Origin: Candidatus Latescibacterota bacterium
GTDB lineage: Bacteria; Latescibacterota; UBA2968; GCA-2709665
Length of the DNA: 64,000 nucleotides
Reading direction: 5' to 3'
Assembly (NCBI GenBank): GCA_965237675.1
Contig: OZ250150.1
Span: forward strand, 3,776,001-3,840,000
Position numbers and translations under genes: made by a program
Shown: in pieces, positions 51,374 to 61,993 of the stretch
How the letters are laid out: the number at the start of each line of letters is the position of its first letter
Numbering within the stretch: position 1 is the stretch's first letter
Notes under the pieces: model-generated
What the model saw: the letters and a program-made list of their open reading frames with translations, nothing else
Database searches by the model: none
Told to the model about the DNA's origin: nothing

Positions 51374-54164
51374 TTACAGGTAATGCGATAGACGCAGATA
51401 AAGATATCTACCCAAAAAATCGTAGGAACTGGCGTCCGAGGTGCCGAGAAAGCCATTGAAAATCACCGCCGGAGCCTGATTGAAGACGTTGTTGATTCCG
51501 GCGGTGAATACGGAAGCGCCTGCGGCGTTTCCGACACGTCCGCGCGATACAGGCCCTTCCGCAATACAGGCCCTTGCAATCGTCTTTTTCGCATTCCAGA
51601 AAGCCGCCGACGTACTGCCAGTTCAGACCGAACGAGGCGCGCGGCTGCCTCAGACCGACCGACGCCGCGTGCCGCCATCTGGGGAACACACCCAAATCGT
51701 AGAACCCTCTGCCCTTTACCAGTTCCAGCCCGCTTGCCGACGGCATCAGTTGATCGTATTTCAAGAGCATGTTGGTCTCCATGCGAGCGGTAATGAAGCC
51801 CAGCCGGGAATCGGCCGTGTAGTCGAATTCGATATCCAGTCCGGTGGTTTCGGTTTCGCCAACGTTGGCGCCTTGCGAAAAGATGGTCGTAATCAGATTC
51901 GTTCCGGGATCCCGAACGATCTGATCGCAGTAGGACGGTGTGTCCTGCGAATAGCAGTTGCTCAAGATGAGTCCGGCGGACAGGGCCCCGATCACGTCCT
52001 CGATTTTGTTGGTATAATAGGTGATGGCAATATCCAGGTTTTCGGCGAAATCCGGCTGGTAAACAAGACCGGCCGTAATCATGGCGGCGGTCTCCGGATC
52101 GAGATCGGTAGAGCCGCCTACCCTGGCTCTCAGCTGCGCCCGTGAGTCCCGAAAATTGGCCGGCACGCCCGCGGCCGCGCAATGTCTCTGTTGCTCAGCC
52201 GTCAACGTCCGGGGATCGCCCGCTTCGTCCACCACACTGCAAGGATCGCTTACCGCCGGGAAGGCATCGCTCTGGCCGAGGAACATTTCGGCGATGCCGG
52301 GAGCACGAAACGCGTTGGATATCGTTGCCCGGAGTGTGAGCCCGCGGGGAAGTTCGCAACGGGCGCCTGCCTCGTACGTAAAGCCGCTGCCAAAGGTGTC
52401 GTAATCGAATGCCCGGCCGGCTGCCGTCAGATCCAATCCAAAGGCATCCGCTCGATAAACCGGCACGGAGGTCTCCCCGTAAAGGGCCCTCACCGAATAG
52501 GCGCCTTCCGTGGCTTCTTCCTTGCTTCCGGTGGTATTGCCTGACTCGGTTATCGGATCGGGAAGATAGGCGCCGGCCTCCCAGCGCGAAGACACGCCCG
52601 CGGCCACAGCCAGAGGCCCGGCCGGCAGTTTGGCGATCTGCCCGGTCAGGTTCCATTGGAGAATCTTCTGCCTGGAATGGCCCGTGGCGATGCCCGAATA
52701 CTGGATGTAGTCCAGCATTTCCCGTGTAATGGTACCCGCGCCGTGCAGCAGATCGAGCGGTACGCAGTCGCCGATGGCGGCGCATTCCGCGTCGGGCCCC
52801 AGCGCACGGGCGACGTTGCTGCGGATGAATCGGCCCTCGTTGATATTAGTGCCCTCGCTGCGGCCGTACGAATACGATAAATCGGTGTCGAAACCCGGAA
52901 GCGGATATTCAAGGCCGAGGACGATGCGATAGGTGTTGATATCCTGAAGAAAATTGCGATTGCCCGCTTCGACGAACCGGCGGCGGACGTCGTAAAAGTC
53001 ACGGCCGAATTCATTATATATGTTCGTGGACGATACGGCGAGGCCCTCACTGATGATGAAAAGGGGGGTCGGCGCGAGCTTCTGATCGGATTGCCGGTTG
53101 GTGTACGAGACCTCGAAGAAGCTTTTCGCCTCCGGGGCGAATTCATAGGAACCGCTGAGAAAGGTCGTGTATCGGGTCTGCGGCGTGTAGAGGTAATTTT
53201 CCGGCTGGAAATTGTAGAGGTCTCCGCTGCCGTCCGAAGAATTGCCCGCCCAGTTGAACGGGCGCCATCCTGCGTTGGGGTCGCGGTGGAAGTCGCCGGC
53301 GCTTTCACCGGCAGCCGCAGCCAGGGCCTGCCACGCCGCGTTGCCGGGCGCGCCCGTTTGGTCGATGATGTGGCCCTCGGGGGTGGCCGAACTGCCGCTC
53401 GTGGCGTAGGTGCCGTCGTTCTTTTCCCAGTCGTACGTCTTGTCCTCCGTACTGAAGGGCCGGTTGCCGGTCCATACGGGCTTCCGGTTGTGGTAGCCGG
53501 CCGTAAACAGGACGCTGCCCTTTTCGCTCGTCAGGCCGGCGGTCACGCTGATATCCAGCGACTCGCCGTCGCCCTCGCCCGAGACACCCTGGTAGAATTC
53601 GAATTCAAGGCCCTCGGTTTCGGACCTCGTGATGATATTGACAACGCCCCCGACCGCATCCGAACCATACACGGCCGACGCGCCGTCCTTGAGCACTTCG
53701 ACGCGTTCAACGGCGGAGGCTGGAATGGCGTTGAGATCGACCGAGGAATTCGCGCCGGTGCCGCCCGGCACGAAGCGGCGTCCGTTGAGCAGAACCAGGG
53801 TTCGATGAGCACCCAGTCCCCGGAGACTGATACGGGTCGATCCGTCTCCTCCGTTATTTGCCTGGGTATTGATGGCATTGGACTGAACGGTAAGAGTCTG
53901 CAGCACGTCTCCGATCGACGCCAGGCCCCTTGCCTTGATTTCATCCCGCGACAGGACTACGACGGTGGCCGGCGTAAGGAGTTCATCGCTCTTGATCCGC
54001 GAACCGGTCACGGTAATGGCTTCGAGTTCGTAGACGATCTCCTCTTCTTCTTCGGTCTCTTCAACATCTTCGACGTCTTCGGCAGACGCCCGGGTAACGC
54101 ACGCGGCGCCGATGAGAAAGGCAAGGGAAACCGCAATCCGGAGGAAGGGGAATCTGACGCGCAT
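51374..54164 (-). pseudogene. TonB-dependent receptor with a disrupted C-terminus
   Basis: TonB box EAITVTGSRI; plug SLRGLGAHRTLVLLNGRR, VDLNAIP..AVERVEVLKDGASAVYGSDAVGGVVNII. The canonical tail AGINNVFNQAP...YDFLGRYLYLRLSHYL* (stop 51374) is out of frame after a duplication near 51547-51575. Confidence 0.8.
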
Positions 54165-54569
54165 GATGGCAATCTACTGTGATGGCACGGCGGATGGCAG
54201 AAACCCGCCGATACGAGCGTGCACGGGGATTTTTGAGCCTTTTTGAGTCGGCGCCTTTGGCCGAGAACTCGCACGGCCACTTACGATTTAAAGTAAAAGT
54301 GTCGCAAAATATAACACCTCGAATCAAATCGCTGCAAGATGTTTCGACAATTGTATAAAACAAGCCGATACATCCGCGACGATCGTGAGGCGTCGGGATG
54401 GAGATCCGCCTTCGGATAACTCTTTCGGCGAACCATGGCAAATCCGCTGAACCCACCGCCGGCGGTCATGCGATACCGGTTGTGTTTTTCACGTGCCCTC
54501 TGTAATTTGACGCCCTTGATCTCGCTCATTCTACAGACAGCAAAGGCAGTTTCATTCAGGAGGGTGACG

Positions 54570-55166
54570 ATGATTAGAACTTTCCGGCGGTGGATGCGGA
54601 TAGCCGCGGTATCCCGCCGGCAGTGGCCGTTGATTATGCTGCTGGCAGCGGGCCTGTTCGCCGCCTGCGGTAAGGACACCGTATCCGAGGAAGCCTCACA
54701 GGATTTGAGGGATATCAGCCGGATTGAGGATCTTAAGGCGATCTTCAATCAGGACGCGGGCGTCCCGCGTCTCATTTTGCTGCTTTCTCCCACCTGACCG
54801 GTCTGCCAGGCAGGCGCCAGTTGGGTGCAGGAAGAGATTCTGGGAAAGAACACCGGTGCAAACGTGAACGTTTACGCGGTCTGGCTTCCGATAATCGCCA
54901 GCGATGCCCGGTCGGAGTGGAAGAAGAGCCTGCTTCCGGACCCGAGGGTGATGCATCTCTGGGACGAGCAGCGCGTTACCGGGCGATGGTTCGCGCAGCA
55001 GGAATGGTATGGGAAGGACGTGGACGTCGCGTGGGACATCTATGTCCTGTTCGGCCCGGAAGCACGATGGGACAGGTCGCCCGGCCCGGTAATCAGCTGG
55101 GGGGAAACGGTCGTGGACACCCGTGAGCGGCTAAGGCGGGATTTTCAGTCACTGCTGGGCGGATAG
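54570..55166 (+). CDS. Thioredoxin-fold lipoprotein with UxxC motif; probable selenoprotein
   Basis: ATG 54570 after AGGAGGG; lipobox FAA-C; LILLLSPT-TGA(54795-54797)-PVC joins ORFs 54435..54797 and 54825..55166 in one frame; VYAVWLP, DPRV.HLWD, AWDIY.LFGP. Confidence 0.85.
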
Positions 55167-55257
55167 GGCGGGGGCGAGAAACAACGCGAGGCACCACGTC
55201 TGGTATGTGGGAGGGTACGGAAAAAGGGGGCGGCTTTCCGGAACGAAGCCTGCGAGT

Positions 55258-55290
55258 AAAAAAGGGGAGTCGATTTCTCGACTCCCCTTT
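55258..55290 (-). terminator. Rho-independent terminator after tRNA-fMet (probably bidirectional)
   Basis: AAAGGGGAGTCGA-TTTC-TCGACTCCCCTTT with a T-run on the minus strand. Confidence 0.85.
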
Positions 55291-55298
55291 GGCTTTAT

Positions 55299-55375
<77 letters not shown>

Positions 55376-55422
55376 ACCATTAATGTCAGTGCAGTTGAAA
55401 TCTACCAATCCGACATCATTTG

Positions 55423-56712
55423 TCAAGCGATTTCTTGGGTTTTGTCCTGTTTGTTCCGGTCCGGTTCCTGTTTGACAATTCGGACCGTGGTGATGCGCTG
55501 ACCGACCACTTCCTCAACCGAGAGGGTGAGGTTTTCGAATACGAACGTCTCTTCCGGGCCGGGGACGCGTCCGAGGTGGTTGTAGATAAAGCCGCCCAGG
55601 GTTTCGTAACCGTCGCGCGGAAGTTCGATATTCAGGATCATGTTCAGATCGTCGATATCGAGTCGCGCGTCGGCGACCAGCACTTGCCCGTCTTTGTCCC
55701 AGTGGAAGAGCGGCTCCTCCTCGTCGTATTCGTCATGGATCTCACCGACGATCTCTTCAATGAGGTCCTCCAGAGTGACCAGCCCGGAGGTGCCGCCGAA
55801 TTCGTTGATGACAATAGCCATGTGCACCTTGTGGGTGTTGAACTCCCGCATCAATTCGTCGATCTTTTTGTTTTCGGGAACGAAATACGGCTGGCGCATG
55901 GCGCCCTCGGGCGTCCAGGACTGTCCTTTGCTGAGGAGTTCGAGCAGGTCCTTGGCATAGACCACGCCTTCGATATGGTCCACGCGTTCACGATAAATCG
56001 GAATGCGGGAATGCCGTTTCTGCTGAATCAGGGAAAGGATATCCGCCGGTTCCGAGGAGACTTCGGCGCACACCATGTCGATGCGCGGCACCATGACTTC
56101 TCTAACCGTGGTTTCGCCGAATTCGAAAATGCCGGCGATCATGTCTCTTTCTTCCTCTTCTATTGTGCCCTCCTCGGTCTCGGTTTCCACCATCTGACGC
56201 AGTTCTTCCTCCTTTATGGCTCTGGTATCGGTTTCGCTGATAAAAAGGCTCTGCGCCTTCAGGAGGAGCAGCGTTGGGGCAAGCAGCAACAGATAGAGTG
56301 GATAGTAGACGGCAATCAGATGAGGTAGAGGTCGATCGGATCCTTCTTCGCGCATGTAGAAAGAGACTGTATTGCCAATCAGCAACGAAATCAGTACGAA
56401 CGCGGCGATGCTCAGCAGATCTCGTAGAAGTGGCCACGCGAAGTCGTTCAGCCCGGACCGTGTAAGGAAGGCGAAGGCAAGCCCACCCATCGCGATGGAG
56501 ATCGATTGGCCGAACGTGACCGTCAGGCCCAGGGCGTACCTTGGTCGGTACATCGATAGAAGGAGGTTCGCGCGCGGGACGGCTTCGTCACGGAGGCGTT
56601 CGAGCGTAGCCCGGGAAATCGTGCTCCCGATTGCGCCTACTCGGGCAATGAGAGCGGTGGCGACCAGAGACACACCCGCGACAAGTGCTGCCAGCCATTC
56701 GGAGTCATCCAA
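55423..56712 (-). CDS. HlyC/CorC-family CBS-domain protein
   Basis: N-terminal TM region, VREVMVPRIDM, HSRIPIY, HMAIVINEFGGTSGLVTLEDLIEEIVGEI.DEYD, ETLGGF. Confidence 0.92.
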   Translation of the reverse strand: MDDSEWLAALVAGVSLVATALIARVGAIGSTISRATLERLRDEAVPRANLLLSMYRPRYALGLTVTFGQSISIAMGGLAFAFLTRSGLNDFAWPLLRDLLSIAAFVLISLLIGNTVSFYMREEGSDRPLPHLIAVYYPLYLLLLAPTLLLLKAQSLFISETDTRAIKEEELRQMVETETEEGTIEEEERDMIAGIFEFGETTVREVMVPRIDMVCAEVSSEPADILSLIQQKRHSRIPIYRERVDHIEGVVYAKDLLELLSKGQSWTPEGAMRQPYFVPENKKIDELMREFNTHKVHMAIVINEFGGTSGLVTLEDLIEEIVGEIHDEYDEEEPLFHWDKDGQVLVADARLDIDDLNMILNIELPRDGYETLGGFIYNHLGRVPGPEETFVFENLTLSVEEVVGQRITTVRIVKQEPDRNKQDKTQEIA

Positions 56713-56719
56713 AATGGAT

Positions 56720-57172
56720 TCACGCTCCTTTCAGATCTATGCCTTCTCGAAAACGGGCCATATACTCCCGCTCCCTGCATCGCATGGAGTCTCTGGCCAT
56801 GGGAGAGTCGTGGCGGTACCCGAGCAGATGCAGGGTTCCGTGAATTGCGAGCCATGCAATTTCGTCGGACACGCATCGGGAAGCTTCCCGGGCCTGTACA
56901 CCGGCTCGATCCACCGAAACGTAGATTTCACCCAGGTCGTCGCTCTCCGGATGGACCGGATCCGCCAGATCGAAGGAAAGAACGTCCGTTGGCACAAACG
57001 TGCCCTTGAATTCCCCGTTTAAACGGCAAAGCGCTTCGTCGTCGGACAGAATCAGGGTGATAAAGCCATCCGCGCCATGATCCTCCAGGACCCTGGCAAG
57101 CAGGATGTCAAGATTCGTCAGGTCCAACGTTTCCGAAAGTGGCGCCGCCTGTTCAATGCGGATCCGGTTCAC
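56720..57172 (-). CDS. ybeY: rRNA maturation endoribonuclease YbeY
   Basis: LN..F.G...PTDVLSF, LGEIYVS, HGTLHLLGYRH (H3xH5xH). GTG 57172 overlaps the upstream stop (GTGA). Confidence 0.92.
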   Translation of the reverse strand: MNRIRIEQAAPLSETLDLTNLDILLARVLEDHGADGFITLILSDDEALCRLNGEFKGTFVPTDVLSFDLADPVHPESDDLGEIYVSVDRAGVQAREASRCVSDEIAWLAIHGTLHLLGYRHDSPMARDSMRCREREYMARFREGIDLKGA

Positions 57173-59475
57173 AGAACTTCCTTCCTGCGCCTGGATTGAT
57201 CCCGTTTCTGCTCGTGTTGCCACGGATAGGCAACGCGGCTGTGCCAGGTGGCCTCGAGAATGGGCAGAAATGCTTTCTGAATTTGGGTCAAATCTCTGAG
57301 TGTCAGGTCGCATTCGTCCAATTCTCCGGCGGTAAACCTTCCCTTCACGAGCGTTTGAACCATGTCACGTGTTTCGTCGTGGGAGTTGCTGGTGAGGGTG
57401 CGGGTTGCGGACTCCACAGCGTCGGCCAGGCTGATGATGCCGGCCTCGATGGTTTGGGGCCTCGGACCGGGGTATCGAAAATCCTCGCCGCGTACCTCGT
57501 GCGCTGCGCCGCGTTCTAAAGCGCTCTGTTTGAAGCCTGCAATTTCGCTGGTACCGTGATGCTGGGAAATCATATCGATGATGACCCGAGGCAGACCTTC
57601 CTCTTCGGCCATTCTGACGCCGTCCTTCACGTGCGAGATCAGAATCAGGGCGCTAAGACGCGGCTGGAGTTCATCGTGTGGATTCACGCCTTTCTGGTTT
57701 TCGATAAAATAGTGGGGTCGAATCATCTTGCCGATGTCATGGAAATAACAGCCAACCCGCGCGAGCAGGGCGTTGGCTCCCGTGACCTCCGCGGCCGCCT
57801 CCGAAAGCCTGGCCATGATGATACTATGACTGTACGTTCCCGGCGCCCGAATGGCCAGGTTACGCAACAAGGGCCGGTTCAGGTCCGAGAGTTCCAGCAG
57901 CGTGTAGGTTGTGACCACGCTGAATGCGCTTTCGAAGATCGGCAGGAGACCGATGGTTAGAACCGAGGATGCACAGGCAGTAAAGGTACCCAGAACCAGG
58001 TCCCACTTGACCTTCTGGAAAAATTCTCCGAAACTGGAATAGCTGAACAACAGGGTGACCGTGGCGAGGGTGGAGAGGAGATAGGCGCCGACCAGGAAGG
58101 CGATGGATCGGTAGAAGAAGTCGCTGCGACGGTGGACCGGGCGTACGCAGTACGCTCCGGCGGCCCCGGTTATCAGGTAGATCAGACCATGCGACAGGCT
58201 TCCCACGATGCTTGCGCAAAGGGTGGCGCAGACGAACGATACGACCAGGCCGATTTCGGTGTCGAAGAGTACGGTCGCCAGCATCACCGAAAGCGCTACC
58301 GGTACCAGCAGGGGCGTGACCGCCGACACGGTTGCCGCATAGGACGCGACAAGGCATGGCATGACCACCAGGATGCCGAACAGGACAAGGTTCGACGTGG
58401 ACGCGAAGACCGACGGGCGGGACACCTGAAGAAACATAAACAGAACGGCAACCAGCAGTGCACTGATAACGGCCTGGGCGGCGACCTGAAGATGATACAG
58501 ATAGGGGACCTTTTCGATCGCCCGGTTCATTTGCACGGCCAGAGAACGCAACTGGTCCATGTGTTCGGAGGTGACACGGTCGTGTTTGTCGACGATGCGT
58601 TCACCTCCCAGAACCGTTCCCTTGTAGGGTGTGACCCTTGCCGCGGCCTCGTCCGTGCGACGTTCGGTCTCCTCTTTGCTGTAGGTGAGGTTGGGCGCGA
58701 GAAATACAACCACAAGTTCGTAGACGGTCTTTATCTCTGCGGGGGTTCCCTGCGGGACCTGCCTGTCGATTTCATCCTGCAGGCTCCGCTCATACCATTC
58801 CAGGCCCCGGATGGGGGCAGCCGAAATGCGCTTTTCCAGGTCGTTTTGAACGAGAAGCACCTCCGTGACGTCGTTTCCGAAGACCTCGGCGTCCTGGTCC
58901 AGGACACCATCAGTGTAACTGGATTCGAGAAGACCGCGTACGGTCGTGCGAAGGTTTTCGAATCCGGTGGGGTAATTGGCCGCCTGATTGATAAGAAAGC
59001 GCAGACTGGCCTGCGATACCGAACCGATTTCCGAATGTGCCTGCTGCAGGCGGTAAACGGCCGAATCCGGATCGGTGGAGACACTAAACGCAGCCAGATC
59101 TTCGAGGAATTTTTCCAACGCGCGTTGTCGATCGATCGACACGTCCGCATTGGAAATCAGAACCGGAAGAACTTCGCTGCGGGCGGTTTCCACTTCGCGG
59201 CCATATTCGGTCTCGTTCTTGAGCACTTTGAAGTTTTCCGGCGCGATAACTTCGTAAGGTGCGATGGTGCCCTCGCTGAAGGCGTTGTGTTCGTTGTTTC
59301 TCCTGGCAATCGGGAAGAAATACGTCAACAGGGCAACCAGCGTCAACAGGAGCCCCGCGCGTAACAGAACCCTGATGCGCTGCCGCAGCCCTGGCTGCGG
59401 CAGCGCATCAGGGTCACCATTGCCCGCGCCCGCGAGTCCGGTGTACAGGAGCATTCGTCGGAGACTTCGCATCAT
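57169..59475 (-). CDS. 7TM-HD (HDIG) phosphohydrolase, PgpH-like
   Basis: Extracytoplasmic domain, TM bundle, APGTYSHS, GCYFHDIGK, YFIENQ, ISHVKDG, HHGT, FRYPGPRPQT.E, ADAVES. Confidence 0.92.
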   Translation of the reverse strand: MMRSLRRMLLYTGLAGAGNGDPDALPQPGLRQRIRVLLRAGLLLTLVALLTYFFPIARRNNEHNAFSEGTIAPYEVIAPENFKVLKNETEYGREVETARSEVLPVLISNADVSIDRQRALEKFLEDLAAFSVSTDPDSAVYRLQQAHSEIGSVSQASLRFLINQAANYPTGFENLRTTVRGLLESSYTDGVLDQDAEVFGNDVTEVLLVQNDLEKRISAAPIRGLEWYERSLQDEIDRQVPQGTPAEIKTVYELVVVFLAPNLTYSKEETERRTDEAAARVTPYKGTVLGGERIVDKHDRVTSEHMDQLRSLAVQMNRAIEKVPYLYHLQVAAQAVISALLVAVLFMFLQVSRPSVFASTSNLVLFGILVVMPCLVASYAATVSAVTPLLVPVALSVMLATVLFDTEIGLVVSFVCATLCASIVGSLSHGLIYLITGAAGAYCVRPVHRRSDFFYRSIAFLVGAYLLSTLATVTLLFSYSSFGEFFQKVKWDLVLGTFTACASSVLTIGLLPIFESAFSVVTTYTLLELSDLNRPLLRNLAIRAPGTYSHSIIMARLSEAAAEVTGANALLARVGCYFHDIGKMIRPHYFIENQKGVNPHDELQPRLSALILISHVKDGVRMAEEEGLPRVIIDMISQHHGTSEIAGFKQSALERGAAHEVRGEDFRYPGPRPQTIEAGIISLADAVESATRTLTSNSHDETRDMVQTLVKGRFTAGELDECDLTLRDLTQIQKAFLPILEATWHSRVAYPWQHEQKRDQSRRRKEVL

Positions 59476-59490
59476 CGCCCGCGTAACCTT

Positions 59491-60483
59491 TCACAACCCG
59501 TCGGTTTCGTGCTGCACAGGCGCGTCCGTTCCCTGAAGCCGCTTTTGGCTTTCATAACGGTCGTATGCGGAGATAATCTTCCGGACCAGCGCGTGACGCA
59601 CAACATCCTGATCGGTGAAGTACACGAACCGGACGGCCTCAATATGCGAGAGGATCTGCTGAACGTGCACAAGCCCGGACACATTGTCCGGGGGGAGGTC
59701 GATCTGGGTGACATCGCCGTTGACAACGGTTTTGGAGTTGGCCCCCAGTCGTGTAAGAAACATCTTCATCTGGCTGATGGTCGTGTTCTGAGCCTCATCC
59801 AGAATCACAAAGGCGTTGTTGAGTGTGCGACCCCGCATGAATGCCAGCGGGGCGATTTCCAGTGTCCGGCGTTCAAGCAGATGTTGCATATGCTCGCCGG
59901 GAATCATGTCTCTCAACGCATCGTATAGCGGTCTCAGATAGGGATCGACCTTCTCCTGGATATCGCCCGGCAGAAATCCCAGGTTTTCTCCTGCTTCTAC
60001 CGCCGGACGGGTCAGAATGATCCTCGAAACTTCCTTGCGTTTCAAGGCGGCGGCGGCGCACGCGACTGCGAGATAGGTCTTGCCGGTCCCGGCGGGGCCG
60101 ATACCGAAAACGATATCGAAGTTCTCGATTCCGGTCACATATTGTTGCTGGGCCGCCGAACGGGGCCGAATCACGCATTTCTGCGTGACCAAGCCGGTCT
60201 GTGCGGATTCGGATGGACCGTTTTCGGCAGATTTCATGCTTGTCAGGTTGGGACGTTCGGGCGTACTCCCGCGCCGCAAGCACGAAACCATCTCTTCCAA
60301 TAGGCCGGAAACATGCCGAACTTTGTAGGCGGGCCCGGTGATCGTGACGGTTTCGCCTCGTGCCGTAAGGTGGACGCCGTAACGGGCCTCAAGCGCCAGG
60401 AGGTTGACGTCGTTGTGGCCGTAGAGGGTTAGCGGATCGACACCCTGGATGGTTAGCTGATGGGATAAAGTTGGATCTCTCAA
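59491..60483 (-). CDS. phoH: PhoH-like ATPase (YbeZ type)
   Basis: GPAGTGKTYLA, TRPAVEAGE.LGFLPG, PLAFMRGRTL, DEAQN, GDVTQIDLP, DVVRH. Confidence 0.95.
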   Translation of the reverse strand: MRDPTLSHQLTIQGVDPLTLYGHNDVNLLALEARYGVHLTARGETVTITGPAYKVRHVSGLLEEMVSCLRRGSTPERPNLTSMKSAENGPSESAQTGLVTQKCVIRPRSAAQQQYVTGIENFDIVFGIGPAGTGKTYLAVACAAAALKRKEVSRIILTRPAVEAGENLGFLPGDIQEKVDPYLRPLYDALRDMIPGEHMQHLLERRTLEIAPLAFMRGRTLNNAFVILDEAQNTTISQMKMFLTRLGANSKTVVNGDVTQIDLPPDNVSGLVHVQQILSHIEAVRFVYFTDQDVVRHALVRKIISAYDRYESQKRLQGTDAPVQHETDGL

Positions 60484-60505
60484 CAGGTTACGTCTTCTCC
60501 CAAAT

Positions 60506-60550
60506 AAAAAAAGCCCTCGTTCCGGGCAGACTCCGGGAACGAGAGCTTTT
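60506..60550 (-). terminator. Probable terminator after the LysM gene
   Basis: AAAAGC.CTCGTTCC...GGAACGAG.GCTTTT inverted repeat with a 7-T run on the minus strand. Confidence 0.7.
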
Positions 60551-60635
60551 CAGAAGCCTTATTCGTCGTGTGAGTCGTTTTCCATTTTCTGAGGACGTAA
60601 ATCTCCGTAGTTCGGAACCGAGGTCCGGAGATTGA

Positions 60636-61487
60636 TTAGTTTTCCGGAACGTCGATGACCTGTGCCGGGAAGATAAGGTTTGGATTCATGATCTGTGACT
60701 TGTTCGCCCGATAAATGCGATGCCACTTCGACGGGTCGTTATAGACCATGCCGGCAATGCTCGTGAGGGTATGGCCGTGCATGACCAGATGTTGGCCTCT
60801 ATCTACGCCAAAGGGGATTTGAAGAACCCAACTGGGGTAGATGAGATCCGGATTCTTAATCTTGTCGCGGTTTTCGAGGTATATGCGTGGCCAAAGGTAG
60901 GCGTTGTCGTAGATTTCCTCGCTCTTGGCAATCTTCCACAGGTTGTCGTTCCGGAGCACCGTGTAGTCTTTGATCTTCTTCGCGGGCATCCGGGCGGATA
61001 TTCTTTCGACCAGTTGCACGATGGTCTTCAGCTTCGTCTGCGCTTTGAGAAGATGACGGATTTTGTTCTGTTTCAGTCCCTCTACCTCTTCGGAAATCGC
61101 ATCGAAATGATCCCGTTGGTCAAAAAGATCCGCGTCGGGAAGATTCATCAGGGCTCGAAGCTGGCCCTCGACACGATCCAGGGCGGCCATGTAGGCGTCG
61201 ATGCACGATTGATCGGGACAGCCAACCAAGCCCAGGATCTCCTGCATTGTACTTGCAATTTGCTCTTCCACGCCGGCGATTTGCTGTGCGATCCTATCTC
61301 CCGCATCTTTACAATCCTGAACTTTTTGCTTGACTTCCTGGATCTCTTTCTGCACGCTCGCAAGCTGCATTTCGTACTCTTCGTAGGTCATTTCGTCTTC
61401 CGACTGGGCAAAGGCCGCCAGCGGGACCAGAGCCATCGCTAACGCGGTGCAGACGAGCAAAAAACCGATGTGTTTGCGTTTCTTCAC
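60636..61487 (-). CDS. Secreted coiled-coil protein with two C-terminal LysM domains
   Basis: Signal peptide ending AAFA-Q; heptad-rich region; YTVLRNDNLWKIA..IY....W.RIY.EN...I.NPDLIYP and HLV..G.TL..IA..VY....WHRIY.AN..I.NPNLIFP. Confidence 0.88.
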   Translation of the reverse strand: MKKRKHIGFLLVCTALAMALVPLAAFAQSEDEMTYEEYEMQLASVQKEIQEVKQKVQDCKDAGDRIAQQIAGVEEQIASTMQEILGLVGCPDQSCIDAYMAALDRVEGQLRALMNLPDADLFDQRDHFDAISEEVEGLKQNKIRHLLKAQTKLKTIVQLVERISARMPAKKIKDYTVLRNDNLWKIAKSEEIYDNAYLWPRIYLENRDKIKNPDLIYPSWVLQIPFGVDRGQHLVMHGHTLTSIAGMVYNDPSKWHRIYRANKSQIMNPNLIFPAQVIDVPEN

Positions 61488-61503
61488 AGGAAACTCCTTT
61501 CCA

Positions 61504-61779
61504 TTACGGATTCAGGGCGTTCTGCACGGCGTCCCGATTGGCGGTAATCCCTTGAAGTTCTTGTTTCTTTTCAGCCAGGGTGCGTTCCAGTTCAGCCCGC
61601 TTCTGGCGGCAGGCATCCAGGTCCGCTTCGGCCGCCCGCGCGTTGTTCCGTGCGTCTTCCAGCATCTGGAGATCTTCTTCCGAGGTCATTGCAATACAGC
61701 CCGAAAGAAGAGGCAGAAAGACCAGCGCCAGCACGACGCCAAATCCGGTAAAACGATCCGTCAATTTGCGCTTAGCCAT
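61504..61779 (-). CDS. Small coiled-coil lipoprotein
   Basis: Lipobox LSG-C; Ala/Glu/Leu-rich helical mature part; AGGAG RBS; 16 nt from the LysM gene. Confidence 0.78.
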   Translation of the reverse strand: MAKRKLTDRFTGFGVVLALVFLPLLSGCIAMTSEEDLQMLEDARNNARAAEADLDACRQKRAELERTLAEKKQELQGITANRDAVQNALNP

Positions 61780-61993
61780 CGATGTCTCCTTGGGGACATG
61801 TATTCATGCGTTGAACGAACGTCGAATTCACAGACAAACCGAATACGGCGCCTATCGTGGACGCATTCTGTGAAATGCGCAAGAACACCGTCTGTTCGAG
61901 GTGCTTTTAGTGCCTCCAAATTACTACAAGAACGGGTTAAAGTCAAGAAAAAAATCTACATGATTTCTTAGTAGGACGGTGGATATAGGGGGT

